64,000 bases of DNA. Source: an uncultured Dehalococcoidales bacterium (GTDB lineage Bacteria > Chloroflexota > Dehalococcoidia > E44-bin15). The notes beneath the pieces are model-generated. The model was not told the origin of the DNA and did not search any database. It saw only the letters and a program-made list of their open reading frames with translations. The translations under genes and the position numbers were made by a program. Positions 39,970 to 51,536 of this stretch are shown here, in pieces; the first letter of the stretch is position 1; each line of letters opens with the position of its first letter. The stretch covers positions 21,997 to 85,996 of the forward strand of contig CAYUWM010000001.1 in assembly GCA_964448395.1 (NCBI GenBank). Reading direction: 5' to 3'.

Positions 39970-40334
39970 TACAGCACATGACCAGGGTCAAGGTGGCCGA
40001 TAACACGGGTGCTAAAAGCATCATGTGTATCAACGTTCCCGGCGGAAGCCGCAAGCGGTATGCCAGCGTAGGGGATATCATAGTTGCTTCGGTAAAAGAG
40101 GCAACCCCGGGAGGTGCAGTCAAGAAAGGTGAGGTGGTCAGAGCGGTGGTAGTGCGCACCGCCAAATCTTATCGGCGCCCCGACGGCTCATCGATCAGGT
40201 TCGATGAGAACGCCGCGGTGATACTGACCGACAAGAATAACCCCAAGGGAACACGCATATTTGGGCCCGTAGCCCATGAGCTGCGACAGAAGAATTTCAT
40301 GAAGATCCTGTCTCTGGCTCCCGAGGTGTTATAG
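39966..40334 (+). CDS. rplN: 50S ribosomal protein L14
   Basis: [18 protein letters not shown]-terminus. ATGA overlap with rpsQ. Confidence 0.97.
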   Translation: MIQHMTRVKVADNTGAKSIMCINVPGGSRKRYASVGDIIVASVKEATPGGAVKKGEVVRAVVVRTAKSYRRPDGSSIRFDENAAVILTDKNNPKGTRIFGPVAHELRQKNFMKILSLAPEVL

Positions 40335-40336
40335 AC

Positions 40337-40648
40337 ATGAAATTGAGAAAAGGCGATACGGTCATCGTCCTCACTGGCAGAGATAAGTGGCACAAGGGGA
40401 AAATACGCAAATCACTGCCGGAAAAGGGCTGCGTCATCGTCGAGGGAGCGAACAAGGTAAAGCGCCATACAAAACCCAGGGGACAGGCGAAGCAGGCGGG
40501 TATAATCGAGCAGGAATCGGCCATGCCCGTATCGAACGTAATGCTTATTTGCAGTAAGTGCAATCACCCAACCCGTCCCAAGTCTGGTGAACTGAAGGAC
40601 GGCACTAGAGCCAGGATATGCCGTAATTGCGGCGAGGTAATGGACTGA
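40337..40648 (+). CDS. rplX: 50S ribosomal protein L24 (Cys4 ribbon form)
   Basis: [21 protein letters not shown] motif. The C-terminus carries CSKC-x21-CRNC. Confidence 0.95.
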   Translation: MKLRKGDTVIVLTGRDKWHKGKIRKSLPEKGCVIVEGANKVKRHTKPRGQAKQAGIIEQESAMPVSNVMLICSKCNHPTRPKSGELKDGTRARICRNCGEVMD

Positions 40649-41190
40649 TGGAGCGACTCAAAGAAAAGTACATGAACGAGGCTGTTCCCGCCTTAATGCA
40701 GGAATACGGTTACAAGAGCGTTATGCAAGCGCCTCGTTTAACTAAAGTGGTGGTAAATGTCGGCCTGGGTGAAGCGACCCAGAATGCCCATGCGGTTGAG
40801 GCGGCGGTTAAGGATATCGCTGCCATCACGGGGCAGCAACCGGTGATTACCAAGGCTAAAAAACCGATCTCCGGTTTCAAGATACGCAAGGGGATGCCGA
40901 TAGGGGTAATGGTTACTCTGCGGGGGAGTCGAATGTATTATTTCCTCGATAAACTGATGAGTATTACCCTGCCGCGGATACGTGATTTTCAGGGGATGCC
41001 GTCAGAATCGTTCGATGGCAGTGGTAACTACACCATGGGGTTGAGAGAGCAGATCATATTCCCCGAGATCGATTATGAAAAGGTGGACAAGGTAAGGGGC
41101 TTAGAGATATCAATCGTCACTACCGCTCCTACCGATGCGGAGGGGAGAAGGCTATTAGAACTGCTGGGGATGCCCTTTGTCCATCAGTGA
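40648..41190 (+). CDS. rplE: 50S ribosomal protein L5
   Basis: [27 protein letters not shown]. The ATG at 40648 overlaps the L24 TGA by 1 nt. Confidence 0.95.
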   Translation: MERLKEKYMNEAVPALMQEYGYKSVMQAPRLTKVVVNVGLGEATQNAHAVEAAVKDIAAITGQQPVITKAKKPISGFKIRKGMPIGVMVTLRGSRMYYFLDKLMSITLPRIRDFQGMPSESFDGSGNYTMGLREQIIFPEIDYEKVDKVRGLEISIVTTAPTDAEGRRLLELLGMPFVHQ

Positions 41191-41237
41191 TATTGGAGTA
41201 ATGTATAAATACTAGCCGAGAGCGGGTATAGATAAAT

Positions 41238-41423
41238 ATGGCAAAAACATCGAAGATCGTAAAGTCAAAGAGGGAACCTAAATACGAGGTGCAGAGGAGA
41301 AACCGCTGCAGCCTGTGCGGCAGGCCACGTGCCTTTATACGCCAATTTGGGCTCTGCCGCATCTGTTTCCGCAAGCTGGCCCTTGAGGGAAAGCTGCCGG
41401 GAGTGAGGAAATCGAGCTGGTAA
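41238..41423 (+). CDS. rpsN: 30S ribosomal protein S14, zinc-binding type Z
   Basis: 61 aa with [20 protein letters not shown]. Confidence 0.95.
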   Translation: MAKTSKIVKSKREPKYEVQRRNRCSLCGRPRAFIRQFGLCRICFRKLALEGKLPGVRKSSW

Positions 41424-41477
41424 ATATGAGGTCGCTAGATGCCTTATGCTGGGTGATCTAATAGTGAGGGTAGGACG

Positions 41478-41873
41478 ATGACAACAGACCCGGTCGCCGA
41501 TATGCTAACCAGAATACGTAATGCAGTGCTTGCAAGGCATGATTTTACCCTTGTACCCGCTTCGAGCATCAAGCTGGCCATAGCCAAAATTCTCCGGGAA
41601 GAAGGGTTCATCCACGATTATGAGGTAGTAAAAGGCAAGCCTCAGCGAATGATCAAGATATACCTCAAATATTCCGAGGATAGCGGACCGGTAATAGCCG
41701 GGCTGAAGCGGGTTTCCAAGCCAGGTCTAAGGATTTACACCCAGCGCAAGGAAATTCCCCGAATTATGGGGGGGCTAGGCATCGCCATTCTATCAACGCC
41801 TAAAGGAGTGCTGACTGGACAGGAGGCATGGCGACAGGGGGTCGGCGGCGAATTGCTATGCTATATATGGTGA
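41478..41873 (+). CDS. rpsH: 30S ribosomal protein S8
   Basis: [14 protein letters not shown]-terminus. Confidence 0.97.
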   Translation: MTTDPVADMLTRIRNAVLARHDFTLVPASSIKLAIAKILREEGFIHDYEVVKGKPQRMIKIYLKYSEDSGPVIAGLKRVSKPGLRIYTQRKEIPRIMGGLGIAILSTPKGVLTGQEAWRQGVGGELLCYIW

Positions 41874-41886
41874 GAGAGGGATTATA

Positions 41887-42438
41887 GTGTCACGTATCGG
41901 TAAAATGCCCATCGCCATACCACAGGGCGTAGAGGTAAACATCGAAGGCAATGAGGTCCATGTAAAGGGCCCTAAGGGGGACCTATCTTGCTCCTTCAAC
42001 CCGGACATGGAAATATCTTTAAACGGCGACACCCTGACGGTAGCCAGGCCGAGCGATAGCCGCATTCATCGCTCGCTCCACGGATTAACCCGGAGCCTGC
42101 TGGCGAACATGGTTGAGGGGGTAAGCAAGGGGTTCCGCAAAGAGCTGGAGCTTGTCGGTGTGGGCTATCGTGCTCAAAGCGTGGGCCAGAAGGTCGTGCT
42201 ACAGGTGGGCTATTCCCATCCCGTGGAGATTAACCCGCTGCACGGTGTGGCGATCACGGCCACCGACGCACAGCACATCCTGGTACAGGGCATTAGCAAG
42301 GAAAAGGTCGGTGATATGGCGGCCAGAATCAGGTCGGTCAGGCCACCGGATCATTACAAGGGTAAAGGCATAAGGTATGCCGGGGAACGGGTCCGCCTGA
42401 AACCAGGAAAATCAGGGAAGGTAGGTGTCGGCAGATAG
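41887..42438 (+). CDS. rplF: 50S ribosomal protein L6
   Basis: SRIGKMPI-x-x-P-x-GV-x-V N-terminus. GTG start. Confidence 0.95.
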   Translation: MSRIGKMPIAIPQGVEVNIEGNEVHVKGPKGDLSCSFNPDMEISLNGDTLTVARPSDSRIHRSLHGLTRSLLANMVEGVSKGFRKELELVGVGYRAQSVGQKVVLQVGYSHPVEINPLHGVAITATDAQHILVQGISKEKVGDMAARIRSVRPPDHYKGKGIRYAGERVRLKPGKSGKVGVGR

Positions 42439-42803
42439 TGCAGGTGAAGGATGCCAGAGCGGCACGGATAAGGAGGCACAAACGGGCACGGGGGAGGTTT
42501 CGTAGAATCAACGATCGCCCGCGCCTGTGCGTATTCCGCAGCTTGAACCACATTTACGCCCAGATAATAGATGATAGACAGGGGCTCACCCTCGTATCAG
42601 CGTCGACATTGGACCCGGCGATTAAACAGGAGGCAAACGGAAAGAACAAGGTCGAGATCGCGGCACTGGTGGGCGCATCGATAGCCAAGAAAGCGACAGG
42701 TGACGGTATCACCAAGGTCATGTTCGATAACGGGGGCTATAAATACCACGGCAGGGTCAAAGCATTGGCAGAAGCTGCCAGAGATTCAGGCCTGGAGTTC
42801 TAG
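42438..42803 (+). CDS. rplR: 50S ribosomal protein L18
   Basis: R-x-RRHKR-x-R...RPRL-x-VFRS-x-x-HIYAQ-IDD motif. Confidence 0.95.
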   Translation: MQVKDARAARIRRHKRARGRFRRINDRPRLCVFRSLNHIYAQIIDDRQGLTLVSASTLDPAIKQEANGKNKVEIAALVGASIAKKATGDGITKVMFDNGGYKYHGRVKALAEAARDSGLEF

Positions 42804-42804
42804 T

Positions 42805-43311
42805 ATGGAGTATATGGAACAAGAAGAGCCAACCTTTGAAGAGAAACTAGTCAATATAAAGCGTGTTGCCAAAGTGGTGAAGGGTGGCAGGAGATTCAGC
42901 TTCACCGCCCTGGTAGTCGTGGGGGACGGGCATGGTCAGGTCGGCGCTGGATTGGGAAAGGCAAAGGAAATCCCGGAAGCCATCCGCAAGGGCGCCGCAG
43001 CCGCCAAGAAACGTTTGATAAATGCCCCAATGCGGGATGGAACCATACCCTATACAATAGTAGCCAAGTACGGGGGGGCAAAAGTTTTACTCAAGCCAGC
43101 ATCGCCGGGGACGGGATTGATAGCTGGCGGTGGGGTACGGGCGGTACTGGAGGTTTGCGGGATCACCGATATACTTACCAAAAGCTTGGGCAGTGCCAAT
43201 CAGGTAAACGTAGTGAGGGCAACGATACAGGGATTAAGCCAGATCAGGGACCCCAAAGAGGAGGTGGCCAAACGGAAGGCCAAGCCAGCGGGAGAGGTGG
43301 CACATGGCTAA
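42805..43311 (+). CDS. rpsE: 30S ribosomal protein S5
   Basis: [27 protein letters not shown]-x-G-x-VG-GLGKA motifs. The ATG at 42805 lies just after the L18 stop; the longer track ORF overlaps L18. Confidence 0.95.
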   Translation: MEYMEQEEPTFEEKLVNIKRVAKVVKGGRRFSFTALVVVGDGHGQVGAGLGKAKEIPEAIRKGAAAAKKRLINAPMRDGTIPYTIVAKYGGAKVLLKPASPGTGLIAGGGVRAVLEVCGITDILTKSLGSANQVNVVRATIQGLSQIRDPKEEVAKRKAKPAGEVAHG

Positions 43312-43495
43312 GCTACTGGTTACCTGGATCAAGAGCGATATCGGCCATCCCAGAGATCAGCGGAGGACACTCAAATCGCTTGGGCTTCGTCGTTTACACC
43401 AGAGCGTTGAGCACGATGATTCTGCAGCTATAAAGGGGATGATCATGAAGGTCAGACACCTGGTGAAAGTGGAGGAGAGCGGTGAGGCAAAATGA
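43304..43495 (+). CDS. rpmD: 50S ribosomal protein L30
   Basis: 63 aa with an I-x-x-x-R-DQR-x-TL-x-x-LGLRR pattern. Confidence 0.9.
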   Translation: MAKLLVTWIKSDIGHPRDQRRTLKSLGLRRLHQSVEHDDSAAIKGMIMKVRHLVKVEESGEAK

Positions 43496-43925
43496 GTTGG
43501 CCCCGCCTACAGGGGCTAAACATAAAACAAAGAGGCTGGGCCGCGGGCTTGGTAGCGGTCATGGCAGAACCTGTGGAAAGGGAACCAAGGGGCAAAAGTC
43601 GCGCACCGGTTATCACACGCGCCCCGGCTTCGAGGGGGGGCAGAACCCGCAGACTAAACGGCTTCCGGAGCTCAGGGGGTTTACCAATATATTCAGGAAA
43701 GAGTACACAACCATAAATATCGAGCGCCTGAATCATTTCGAAGCGGATAGCGAGGTTACCCCGGAGGCTCTGGTGCAAGAGAGGATTATAAAATCCTTGA
43801 AACGCCCGATAAAAGTCCTCGGTAACGGCGAAATCGACAGGCCTCTTACGGTGAAGGTTAATAAGTTCACCCAGTCGGCACGGCGCAAGATTGAGGAAGC
43901 CGGAGGGAAAGCGGAGGAGCTATAA
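43482..43925 (+). CDS. rplO: 50S ribosomal protein L15
   Basis: NEL-x-P-x-x-GA-x-x-x-x-KR-x-GRG-x-GSG-x-G-x-T-x-G-KG motif. Confidence 0.95.
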   Translation: MRQNELAPPTGAKHKTKRLGRGLGSGHGRTCGKGTKGQKSRTGYHTRPGFEGGQNPQTKRLPELRGFTNIFRKEYTTINIERLNHFEADSEVTPEALVQERIIKSLKRPIKVLGNGEIDRPLTVKVNKFTQSARRKIEEAGGKAEEL

Positions 43926-43927
43926 CA

Positions 43928-45271
43928 GTGACCCAGGAGAGAAAGAGCACCCGACCACAGCTCCTGCAAGCGATGATCGACGCCTTCGGGCAATCAGATC
44001 TCAGGCGCAAGATCTTAATTACCCTCGGCCTGCTCTTAGTTTTTCGCTTTGTCGCCCATGTGCCGGTTCCAGGCGCTGATTTAGCAGCGATGAAGGAGTT
44101 CCTCGGCGGGGGGGGCAGTGGCGGCGCCCTGGTAGGTATGCTTGATCTCTTCAGCGGTGGCGCCATGAGGAACATGAGCATCGCCGCCATGGGCGTCTAT
44201 CCGTACATAACCGCAATGATAATCATGCAGCTAATGGTTCCGATTATTCCTCGACTGCAGGCGATCTCCCGTGAAGGGGATGCCGGGAGAGCCAAGATAA
44301 ACATGTACACCCATTGGCTGACCGTGCCTCTTGCGGTGCTACAGGGATATGGGCAATTGATATTGATTCAACAGTACGGCGTGATAAGCGATATAGGTCT
44401 TTCCGGCCCCAATCTGCTGCCTACAGCCACAATGGTGATAGCGATGACGGCGGGTACGATGTTCCTCGTTTGGCTGGGAGAGTTGATAACTGAATACGGT
44501 ATCGGTAATGGCGTATCGCTGATCATCTTCGGCGGCATCGTGGCGACCCTTCCGCAACTGATCGGTCAAGGCTATCTCGTCCCGGGGTCTGCGGGGGGTA
44601 TGTGGGGGTTGATACTGTTCTTGATTATGGCACTGGCAATCCTGGTAACCATCGTTATCTTCACCGAGGCTCACCGGCGAATCCCGGTGCAGTACGCACG
44701 CAGCTTATACCGGGGGGGCAAGATGTATCGCCAATCTGGCGGCACTCACATCCCAATCAGAGTAAACTCAGCGGGCATGATACCGGTGATATTCGCTATG
44801 GCATTGTTGATATTCCCCGGTGTGGTAGCCGGCTTTTTCGCCAACCCGCCAAGCGAAGTGGGGAATTTCGCCAACACCATCGTGAACCTGTTCTCATCGA
44901 CACACTGGTTCTATTGGCTGGCGTACTTCGTGCTGGTACTGTTCTTTACCTTCTTCTATGCCATGATAATCTTTCAGCAACAGAACCTGGGGGAAACCTT
45001 GCAGCGGCAGGGAGCGTTCCTCCCCGGGATCCGCCCGGGCAAGGCCACCCAGCAATACCTGAACCGGGTGCTAACCAGGGTTACCTGGGGTGGAGCTCTG
45101 TTCCTGGCTGTCGTTGCCATATCGCCGTTTATTATTCAAAGCATCACCGGTGTGCAGGCTCTGGTGCTGCCGTCGATCGGCATGCTCATCGTAGTTGGCG
45201 TCGCCCTGGATACCATGAGGCAATTGGAGTCCCAGCTTGTAATGCGCCGGTATGAAGGCTTCCTTAAGTAA
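43928..45271 (+). CDS. secY: preprotein translocase subunit SecY
   Basis: 10-TM protein with LGLLLVFRF..PG and MGV-PYITA-II-QL motifs. Confidence 0.97.
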   Translation: MTQERKSTRPQLLQAMIDAFGQSDLRRKILITLGLLLVFRFVAHVPVPGADLAAMKEFLGGGGSGGALVGMLDLFSGGAMRNMSIAAMGVYPYITAMIIMQLMVPIIPRLQAISREGDAGRAKINMYTHWLTVPLAVLQGYGQLILIQQYGVISDIGLSGPNLLPTATMVIAMTAGTMFLVWLGELITEYGIGNGVSLIIFGGIVATLPQLIGQGYLVPGSAGGMWGLILFLIMALAILVTIVIFTEAHRRIPVQYARSLYRGGKMYRQSGGTHIPIRVNSAGMIPVIFAMALLIFPGVVAGFFANPPSEVGNFANTIVNLFSSTHWFYWLAYFVLVLFFTFFYAMIIFQQQNLGETLQRQGAFLPGIRPGKATQQYLNRVLTRVTWGGALFLAVVAISPFIIQSITGVQALVLPSIGMLIVVGVALDTMRQLESQLVMRRYEGFLK

Positions 45272-45283
45272 GGAGATATTGTA

Positions 45284-45931
45284 GTGCATGTTGTACTTCT
45301 GGGGGCGCCGGGGTCAGGCAAAGGAACGCAGGCCGGGTTGGCAGCGGATAAGCTGGGGATCAGCCATATCGCCTCCGGAGATCTGTTCCGCGCCGCGGTC
45401 AACAGGGGGGAAGAACTGGGCAGCCAGGTAAAATCTTACATGGAGAAGGGGCTTCTGGTCCCCGATGATATAACGATCAAGATGATAATGCAGCGAATAA
45501 GCGAGCCTGATTCCGCCACCGGATTTATGCTTGACGGGTTCCCGCGGACACTGGAACAGGCCAAGGCGTTGGATAGGGCGATGGGGGAGAGTGGGTCGGA
45601 AATCGATCGGGTTATCTATATCAATGTTCCAACCGATGAACTGGTTAGGCGATTGGGGGGGCGCTTCATCTGCCGTGAATGCCAGACACCGTACCACACG
45701 GTATCGTCCCCACCCAAGACCCCCGGGAAGTGCGATAAGTGTGGCGGGGAACTATACCAGCGCTCCGACGATACCCCGGAGACGGTAAAGAAAAGGATCA
45801 GCGTCTACCTATCAGATACCGCACCGCTGATTGAATACTACAATGCTTCAGGTAAGCTGGTTGAGATCAGCGGGGAAGGAAATATCGACAGCATCAGCAG
45901 AAGCCTTATAGGTGCGATTACCGAGGGTTGA
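45284..45931 (+). CDS. adk: adenylate kinase (zinc-lid form)
   Basis: LLGAPGSGKGTQ P-loop. The lid carries CRECQ...CDKCGG. Confidence 0.97.
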   Translation: MHVVLLGAPGSGKGTQAGLAADKLGISHIASGDLFRAAVNRGEELGSQVKSYMEKGLLVPDDITIKMIMQRISEPDSATGFMLDGFPRTLEQAKALDRAMGESGSEIDRVIYINVPTDELVRRLGGRFICRECQTPYHTVSSPPKTPGKCDKCGGELYQRSDDTPETVKKRISVYLSDTAPLIEYYNASGKLVEISGEGNIDSISRSLIGAITEG

Positions 45932-45932
45932 T

Positions 45933-46685
45933 ATGGGCATAATAATCAAGTCGCAGCGTGAGCTGGATATTATGAGAAAAGCGGGCCGCATCGTGGCCAC
46001 TATACTTGACATATTGCAGAAAAAGGTCGAACCTGGTATCATCACTGAAGAGCTCGATAGAATAACGGTTGAGGAGATGAAGCGACACGGGGTCACCTCC
46101 TCTTTCAAGAACTACCGGGGCTTCCCGTCGCATCTGTGCGTGTCCGTGAATGAGCAGCTGGTCCACGGCATCCCCGGTAAGCGAATGCTCAGAGAGGGAG
46201 ACATCGTCTCTCTGGATTTCGGGGCGGTGCATGATGGGTTCCAAGGCGATGCGGCAGTCACCGTTGGAGTGGGGAATATCAGCCCTGAGGCAAGAAGCCT
46301 GATCGAGACGACGGAGGGGGCATTGCAGGCGGGGATCAAGGATGCCCGCAGTGGAGCCCATTTGGGTGACGTCTCGGCAGCAATTCAATCCTACGTGGAA
46401 TCGCGTGGATTTACGGTGGTGCGTGAGTATGTCGGGCACGGCATCGGCCGCCAGATGCACGAACCCCCCCAGATACCGAACTACGGCACGCCGGGGCAGG
46501 GTCCTGTATTGTCCGAAGGGATGACCCTGGCTTTGGAACCGATGGTCAATGTAGGCGGTTGGCGCACCAAGGTAGCGGGCGACGGGTGGACCGTTACCAC
46601 TGCCGACGGCAGCCTGTGTGCGCATTTCGAGAATACCATAGCGATTACCGGTGGAGAGGCGGAGGTCCTCACCAGGATCAATTGA
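45933..46685 (+). CDS. map: type I methionine aminopeptidase
   Basis: MGIIIKSQRELDIMRKAG N-terminus and metal-ligand regions (D-x-G ... HGIG ... E-P). The ATG at 45933 lies just after the adk stop. Confidence 0.95.
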   Translation: MGIIIKSQRELDIMRKAGRIVATILDILQKKVEPGIITEELDRITVEEMKRHGVTSSFKNYRGFPSHLCVSVNEQLVHGIPGKRMLREGDIVSLDFGAVHDGFQGDAAVTVGVGNISPEARSLIETTEGALQAGIKDARSGAHLGDVSAAIQSYVESRGFTVVREYVGHGIGRQMHEPPQIPNYGTPGQGPVLSEGMTLALEPMVNVGGWRTKVAGDGWTVTTADGSLCAHFENTIAITGGEAEVLTRIN

Positions 46686-46693
46686 TGTAAATC

Positions 46694-46912
46694 ATGGCTA
46701 AGAAAGAGAGCATAGAGGTCGAGGGAAAGGTAGTAGAGCCGTTGCCTAATACCATGTTTCGGGTTGAGCTGGCCAACGGGCACCGGGTTCTGGCTCACAT
46801 ATCGGGCAAGATGAGGATACATTATATTAAGATACTACCCGGAGATAAAGTATTGGTGGAACTCTCCCCCTACGACCTTACTAGGGGCAGGATCACTTAC
46901 AGGTTCCGCTAG
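46694..46912 (+). CDS. infA: translation initiation factor IF-1
   Basis: [36 protein letters not shown] motif. Confidence 0.97.
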   Translation: MAKKESIEVEGKVVEPLPNTMFRVELANGHRVLAHISGKMRIHYIKILPGDKVLVELSPYDLTRGRITYRFR

Positions 46913-46934
46913 ATCCAGAATAGAGGGATTAGTC

Positions 46935-47048
46935 ATGAAGGTTCGTGCTTCGGTTAAACCCAGATGTGAAAAGTGCAAGGTGGTAAAAAGAAAGGGAGTA
47001 GTACGGGTTATATGTGAGAACCCGAGACATAAGCAAAGGCAGGGTTAA
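46935..47048 (+). CDS. rpmJ: 50S ribosomal protein L36 (not in the ORF track)
   Basis: Hand translation gives [37 protein letters not shown]-stop, 37 aa, located between infA and rpsM. Confidence 0.93.
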   Translation: MKVRASVKPRCEKCKVVKRKGVVRVICENPRHKQRQG

Positions 47049-47078
47049 TTTTATAGCTATTATGAGAAGGATGATAGT

Positions 47079-47462
47079 ATGGCGAGGATAGCGGGGGTAG
47101 ATCTACCCAAAAACAAGAGGGTCGAGGTCGGCTTATGCTATATATATGGGATCGGCCGCACTGCCAGTAAGCGGATATTGGAGCAGGCAAATATCAATCC
47201 CGATACCAAAATTAGCGACCTTACCGAAGGTGAAACCAGCCTGATCCGTGAAACTATTGAGCGTGAACATATAGTTGAAGGGGAGCTAAGGCGCAAGGTC
47301 AATCTCAATATAAAACGGCTAATAGAAATTGGCAGCTACCGTGGCATCAGACATCGCCGTGGTTTACCCCTTCGCGGACAGCGTACCCGTACTAACGCAC
47401 GTACCAAAAGGGGTGCCCGCAAGACTGTAGCCGGACGCCGCCGCACCGTTGCCAGGAAGTAG
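47079..47462 (+). CDS. rpsM: 30S ribosomal protein S13
   Basis: [15 protein letters not shown]-terminus and [16 protein letters not shown] motif. Confidence 0.97.
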   Translation: MARIAGVDLPKNKRVEVGLCYIYGIGRTASKRILEQANINPDTKISDLTEGETSLIRETIEREHIVEGELRRKVNLNIKRLIEIGSYRGIRHRRGLPLRGQRTRTNARTKRGARKTVAGRRRTVARK

Positions 47463-47470
47463 AGGGCCAA

Positions 47471-47869
47471 ATGCCAGAAAAATCGAAAAAACCGACACGG
47501 GTGAAGAAGAGAGAACGGAAGGCCGTGCCCAAAGGGCATGCCTATATCCACTCAACCTTCAATAACACCATTATCACTATCACTGATCCCTCGGGCAACG
47601 CAATATCCTGGTCCAGCTCGGGAACAGCCGGATTCAAAGGATCACGTAAGGGAACACCTTATGCGGCACAGCTTGCCGCAGAGCAGGCGGCACGCAAGGG
47701 AATGGAACACGGAGTCAGGCAAGTCGACGTATACGTAAAGGGTCCGGGTAGTGGCCGGGAGGCGGCGATTCGCTCTCTTCAGGCGGCAGGTCTCACTATT
47801 ACCGGCATCCGGGATGTTACCCCCACCCCCCACAATGGCTGCCGGCCGAGAAAGAGGAGAAGGGTATAA
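47471..47869 (+). CDS. rpsK: 30S ribosomal protein S11
   Basis: [20 protein letters not shown] and DVTP-PHNGCRP-K-RR motifs. Confidence 0.97.
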   Translation: MPEKSKKPTRVKKRERKAVPKGHAYIHSTFNNTIITITDPSGNAISWSSSGTAGFKGSRKGTPYAAQLAAEQAARKGMEHGVRQVDVYVKGPGSGREAAIRSLQAAGLTITGIRDVTPTPHNGCRPRKRRRV

Positions 47870-47901
47870 TGTTTAGTTATGATAGGAGAGTGAAGTAAAC
47901 A

Positions 47902-48528
47902 ATGGCTCGCTATACAGGCCCGGTGTGTCGCCTCTGCAGACGCCAGGGAGAGAAGTTGATGTTGAAGGGGGAGCGGTGTACCACCAAGAAATGCGCCCTC
48001 GAGAGGCGCAACTTGCCCCCCGGACGCCAGCGGCCGCAGCGGCGGAAGATTTCCGATCGCGGCCTGCAGCTAAAGGAGAAGCAAAGGGCACGCCATACCT
48101 ACGGCGTTTTGGAAAGGCAGTTCCGCAGGCACTTCACTGAGGCTGAGCGTCGCCCCGGCGTCACCGGAGAGAATATGCTTCAGATCTTGGAGATGCGGCT
48201 CGATAACGTGGTCTATCGCGTCGGTTATGCCGACTCTCGGAACCAGGCCCGACAACTGGTGCGGCATGGGCACATCATGGTGAATGGACGTAAAACCGAT
48301 ATCCCGTCTTATCAGGTTAAGGCTGGCGATATCTTACAGTGGACGGCGCAAGGAACCAAAACCGAGTACTACAGGCAAATGATAGAGCAGATCGGAGACA
48401 GGATAATCCCCGACTGGCTGAATCTGGATCTTGACAAGGTATTAGCTCGTGTTCTTACGCCACCCAGCCGCAGCGATATCGATCTCAAGATAGATGACAA
48501 GGCAATAGTGGAATATTACTCTCGATAG
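47902..48528 (+). CDS. rpsD: 30S ribosomal protein S4 (Cys-containing N-terminus)
   Basis: [23 protein letters not shown] N-terminus and an S4 RNA-binding domain. Confidence 0.97.
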   Translation: [208 protein letters not shown]

Positions 48529-48545
48529 TGGATGGAGGTTTATTT

Positions 48546-49571
48546 TTGTCTGAGACAGTTACTCCACAGATAGAATGCGCAGAGCTCTCTGATAAATATG
48601 GACGTTTTGTCATTGAGCCCATGGAGAGAGGCTTTGGCATCACTCTGGGTAACGCCCTGAGACGGGTCATCCTCAGTTCGCTCCCCGGGGCTGCCGTTAC
48701 CTGGATCAGGATCGACGGCATTCAGCATGAGTTCTCAACCATACCACACATGAAGGAAGACACGGTTGATTTCCTGCTAAATGTCAAAACCATCAGATTG
48801 CGTCCCCTCACATCACACAGCGGCATTCTCAAGCTGGAAGCCGAGGGTGAGGGGGATGTTTTAGCTGGGAATATCCAGCCGTCGGCCGATTTCGAGGTGG
48901 TCAACCCCGATCTACATCTGGCCACACTGGATTCCACGAAGGCTAAACTGAACGTGGAGTTCAATATTGAAAAGGGTACCGGTTATCGGCCTGCCGGTCA
49001 GGGGTACCAGGGTTGGGAGCAGGGAGAGCACCTGCCCATCGGGGTGATCCCGGTGGACGCTATCTTTACCCCGGCACGTAAAGTCAACTATACAGTGGAG
49101 ACCACCAGCGTCGGGCAGCGCAGCTATGAAAGGCTAATACTCGATGTGTGGACCGACGGAACTACATCGCCGGTGGATGCTGTCAGCCACAGTGCTCACC
49201 TGCTGATAGAGCAGTTTCAGCTGTTCTACGAGCTGGCAAGGGTGCCGCTCAGGGTCGGTGAAAAGCAACCCCGTCTGCCAGTTCCGTTGGAGCAATACAA
49301 TCTGCCGATAGAAGAACTCGGCCTTTCCGTTCGCACTTTCAACTGCCTCAAGAGGGCCGGGATCACCAAGGCGGGTGAACTGCTGGAGAAGAGCGATGAT
49401 GAGCTGATTAACATAAAGAACTTCGGACAGAAGGCCCTGGATGAAGTTAAGCAGCAGCTCATAGCGAAGAGGTTCATCTCAGAGGATGAAGAGGCGGATA
49501 GTGAGCCTCTTCGAGAAGCAGGGGATTATTCAGCGCCAGCGGACGAAATGACAGCGGAGGACATCCCTTAA
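48546..49571 (+). CDS. rpoA: DNA-directed RNA polymerase subunit alpha
   Basis: [23 protein letters not shown] and a C-terminal domain ([17 protein letters not shown]). The TTG at 48546 lies 7 nt after GGAGG; the track's GTG at 48528 is an alternative. The protein ends in an acidic tail. Confidence 0.93.
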   Translation: MSETVTPQIECAELSDKYGRFVIEPMERGFGITLGNALRRVILSSLPGAAVTWIRIDGIQHEFSTIPHMKEDTVDFLLNVKTIRLRPLTSHSGILKLEAEGEGDVLAGNIQPSADFEVVNPDLHLATLDSTKAKLNVEFNIEKGTGYRPAGQGYQGWEQGEHLPIGVIPVDAIFTPARKVNYTVETTSVGQRSYERLILDVWTDGTTSPVDAVSHSAHLLIEQFQLFYELARVPLRVGEKQPRLPVPLEQYNLPIEELGLSVRTFNCLKRAGITKAGELLEKSDDELINIKNFGQKALDEVKQQLIAKRFISEDEEADSEPLREAGDYSAPADEMTAEDIP

Positions 49572-49924
49572 TGAGACACCACGTGAGCGGCAGGCGGCTG
49601 TCGAGGCCTACAGGACACAGGACGTTAATGTACCGTAACATGGTTACCGACCTGCTGCGTTATGAGAAGATCACCACCACTGAGGCCAAAGCCAAAGAGG
49701 TTCGAGGCATAGCGGAGAAGGTGATAACCCTGGGCAAGGACGGCTCTCTTCACAGCCGCCGCCGGGTGCTATCGATGATCAGCGATAACAAGGTGGTTGC
49801 CAAACTTTTCGGGGAATTAGCTCCGAGATATGCCAAACGCGGCGGCGGCTATACCCGAATTGTAAAGCTCGGCCCCCGGCTGGGCGATGCTGCACCTATG
49901 GTGCAATTGGAATTGGTTGAATGA
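49571..49924 (+). CDS. rplQ: 50S ribosomal protein L17
   Basis: MRH-x-x-GR-L-R-x-x-HR-x-x-M-RN motif. Confidence 0.95.
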   Translation: MRHHVSGRRLSRPTGHRTLMYRNMVTDLLRYEKITTTEAKAKEVRGIAEKVITLGKDGSLHSRRRVLSMISDNKVVAKLFGELAPRYAKRGGGYTRIVKLGPRLGDAAPMVQLELVE

Positions 49925-50673
49925 ATACGAGGATTGCCCTTATAGTGGAATATGACGGTGCCAGATATCATGGTTCTCAAGTTCAGGAAGATTTGCCCAC
50001 AATTCAGGGTGAACTGGAGAACGCGCTGGAGAAGGTCACCGGGGAGAAGATCCGCACTGCATTTGCCGGGCGCACGGATCGAGGCGTTCACGCCAGAGGG
50101 CAGGTCGTTGCCTGTGACACAGAATGTTCTCTGGAACCGATGACTATCGCTCGAGCGCTCAATCACCATTTACCAGATGATATAGCTATCAAGAATGCCA
50201 TTGCAGTGAATCATGACTTCGATCCGAGGAGAGACGCCTTGAGCCGGGAATACTGCTATTACATCTGGAACGATACCAGCCCTTCTCCTCTGCGTCGCTG
50301 GAATGCGCTTTTCGTACAACAGCCGCTCGATATCGCAGGGATGGATAGGGCATGTCAGGCTATCGTCGGCACATACGATTTTGCCCCCTTCGCCAGCTCA
50401 CTGGACGACCTTCGCAACACGGTGCGTACTGTATACCGCGCAAACACGTTTCGAGAAGGCTCCATGGTGACCTGTCATATTGAAGCCAATGCCTTTTTGC
50501 CTCACCAGGTCCGCAATACGGTAGGATCCCTGCTGCAGGTGGGCCTTGGCAAAATAGACGTGGCAGGTTTCGAGGAGATTTTAGAGTCGAAGAGGGTTGC
50601 GGTTGCTGGCCCCCCCGCCCCTCCCCATGGGCTGTGTCTGTTGAAAGTAAATTACAATGGAAAGATGCAATGA
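49921..50673 (+). CDS. truA: tRNA pseudouridine(38-40) synthase
   Basis: YDGA-YHG-Q and [13 protein letters not shown] motifs. 4-nt overlap with rplQ. Confidence 0.93.
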   Translation: MNTRIALIVEYDGARYHGSQVQEDLPTIQGELENALEKVTGEKIRTAFAGRTDRGVHARGQVVACDTECSLEPMTIARALNHHLPDDIAIKNAIAVNHDFDPRRDALSREYCYYIWNDTSPSPLRRWNALFVQQPLDIAGMDRACQAIVGTYDFAPFASSLDDLRNTVRTVYRANTFREGSMVTCHIEANAFLPHQVRNTVGSLLQVGLGKIDVAGFEEILESKRVAVAGPPAPPHGLCLLKVNYNGKMQ

Positions 50674-51140
50674 AGACTTATAGCGCAAAAGCCTCAGAAC
50701 TTAATCCTCAGTGGCACATGATAGACGCCACAGACAGGACCCTGGGCCGTCTGGCGACTGAAGTGGCCACGTTGTTGATGGGTAAAAACAAGCCTACATA
50801 TACACCGAACATGAATACGGGAGACTTCGTCGTAGTAATTAACGCATCCAGAATCAGGGTAACCGGCAATAAGGGCCAGCAGAAGTTCTATTACCGTCAC
50901 TCCAATTATCCCGGGGGGTTAAAGAGTACCAGTCTTACCAGAATGATCGAGACTCATCCTACTCGGGTAATCGAACATGCGGTGAGGGGTATGATACCGC
51001 ACAACCGGCTCGGCCGAGCGATGATGAAGAGGCTTAAGGTGTATGCCGGGGACAAGCATCCTTATCAACCACAGATGGAGCAGGCTGCGCCAAAGAGCTC
51101 TCCTGAAGAGAAGAGTCGGAATAAGGGAGGGGCTAATTGA
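50670..51140 (+). CDS. rplM: 50S ribosomal protein L13
   Basis: [37 protein letters not shown] motifs. ATGA overlap with truA. Confidence 0.95.
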   Translation: MKTYSAKASELNPQWHMIDATDRTLGRLATEVATLLMGKNKPTYTPNMNTGDFVVVINASRIRVTGNKGQQKFYYRHSNYPGGLKSTSLTRMIETHPTRVIEHAVRGMIPHNRLGRAMMKRLKVYAGDKHPYQPQMEQAAPKSSPEEKSRNKGGAN

Positions 51141-51532
51141 ATAGTAAAGCCTTTTTTCACGCCACCGGCAGACGCAAAAGTGCGGTGGCTAGGGTAAGAT
51201 TGCTGCCAGGCGAAGGTGCCATTGTGGTCAATGGCCGACCCTATGATGAGATATTCACCCAAGAGAGGCTTAAGAAGTCAATTATGGAACCGCTTACAGC
51301 AACCGATACTATTAAAAAATTCAGCATCAGCGTCAAGGTAACAGGTGGAGGCATTGTCGGTCAGGCAGGTGCAGTAAGACATGGTATCTCCCGTGCGCTG
51401 CTTGCTGCTGACGAGAACCTGCGCCCGATACTGCGAGGCCAGGGTTTCCTCACCCGCGATTCCCGTGTGAAGGAGCGTAAGAAGTACGGCCTCGTCCGCG
51501 CCCGCAAATCAAAACAGTATTCCAAGAGGTGA
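51137..51532 (+). CDS. rpsI: 30S ribosomal protein S9
   Basis: ATGRRK-AVARV-L-PG-G and a C-terminal RDSR-KERKKYG-x-x-ARK-x-QYSKR motif. TTG start. Confidence 0.95.
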   Translation: MNSKAFFHATGRRKSAVARVRLLPGEGAIVVNGRPYDEIFTQERLKKSIMEPLTATDTIKKFSISVKVTGGGIVGQAGAVRHGISRALLAADENLRPILRGQGFLTRDSRVKERKKYGLVRARKSKQYSKR

Positions 51533-51536
51533 GCGC

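Noticed and set aside
45918-46625. 235-aa ORF on the - strand
   Set aside because: It is antisense to map, inside a uniformly + strand ribosomal superoperon, and is a shadow ORF.
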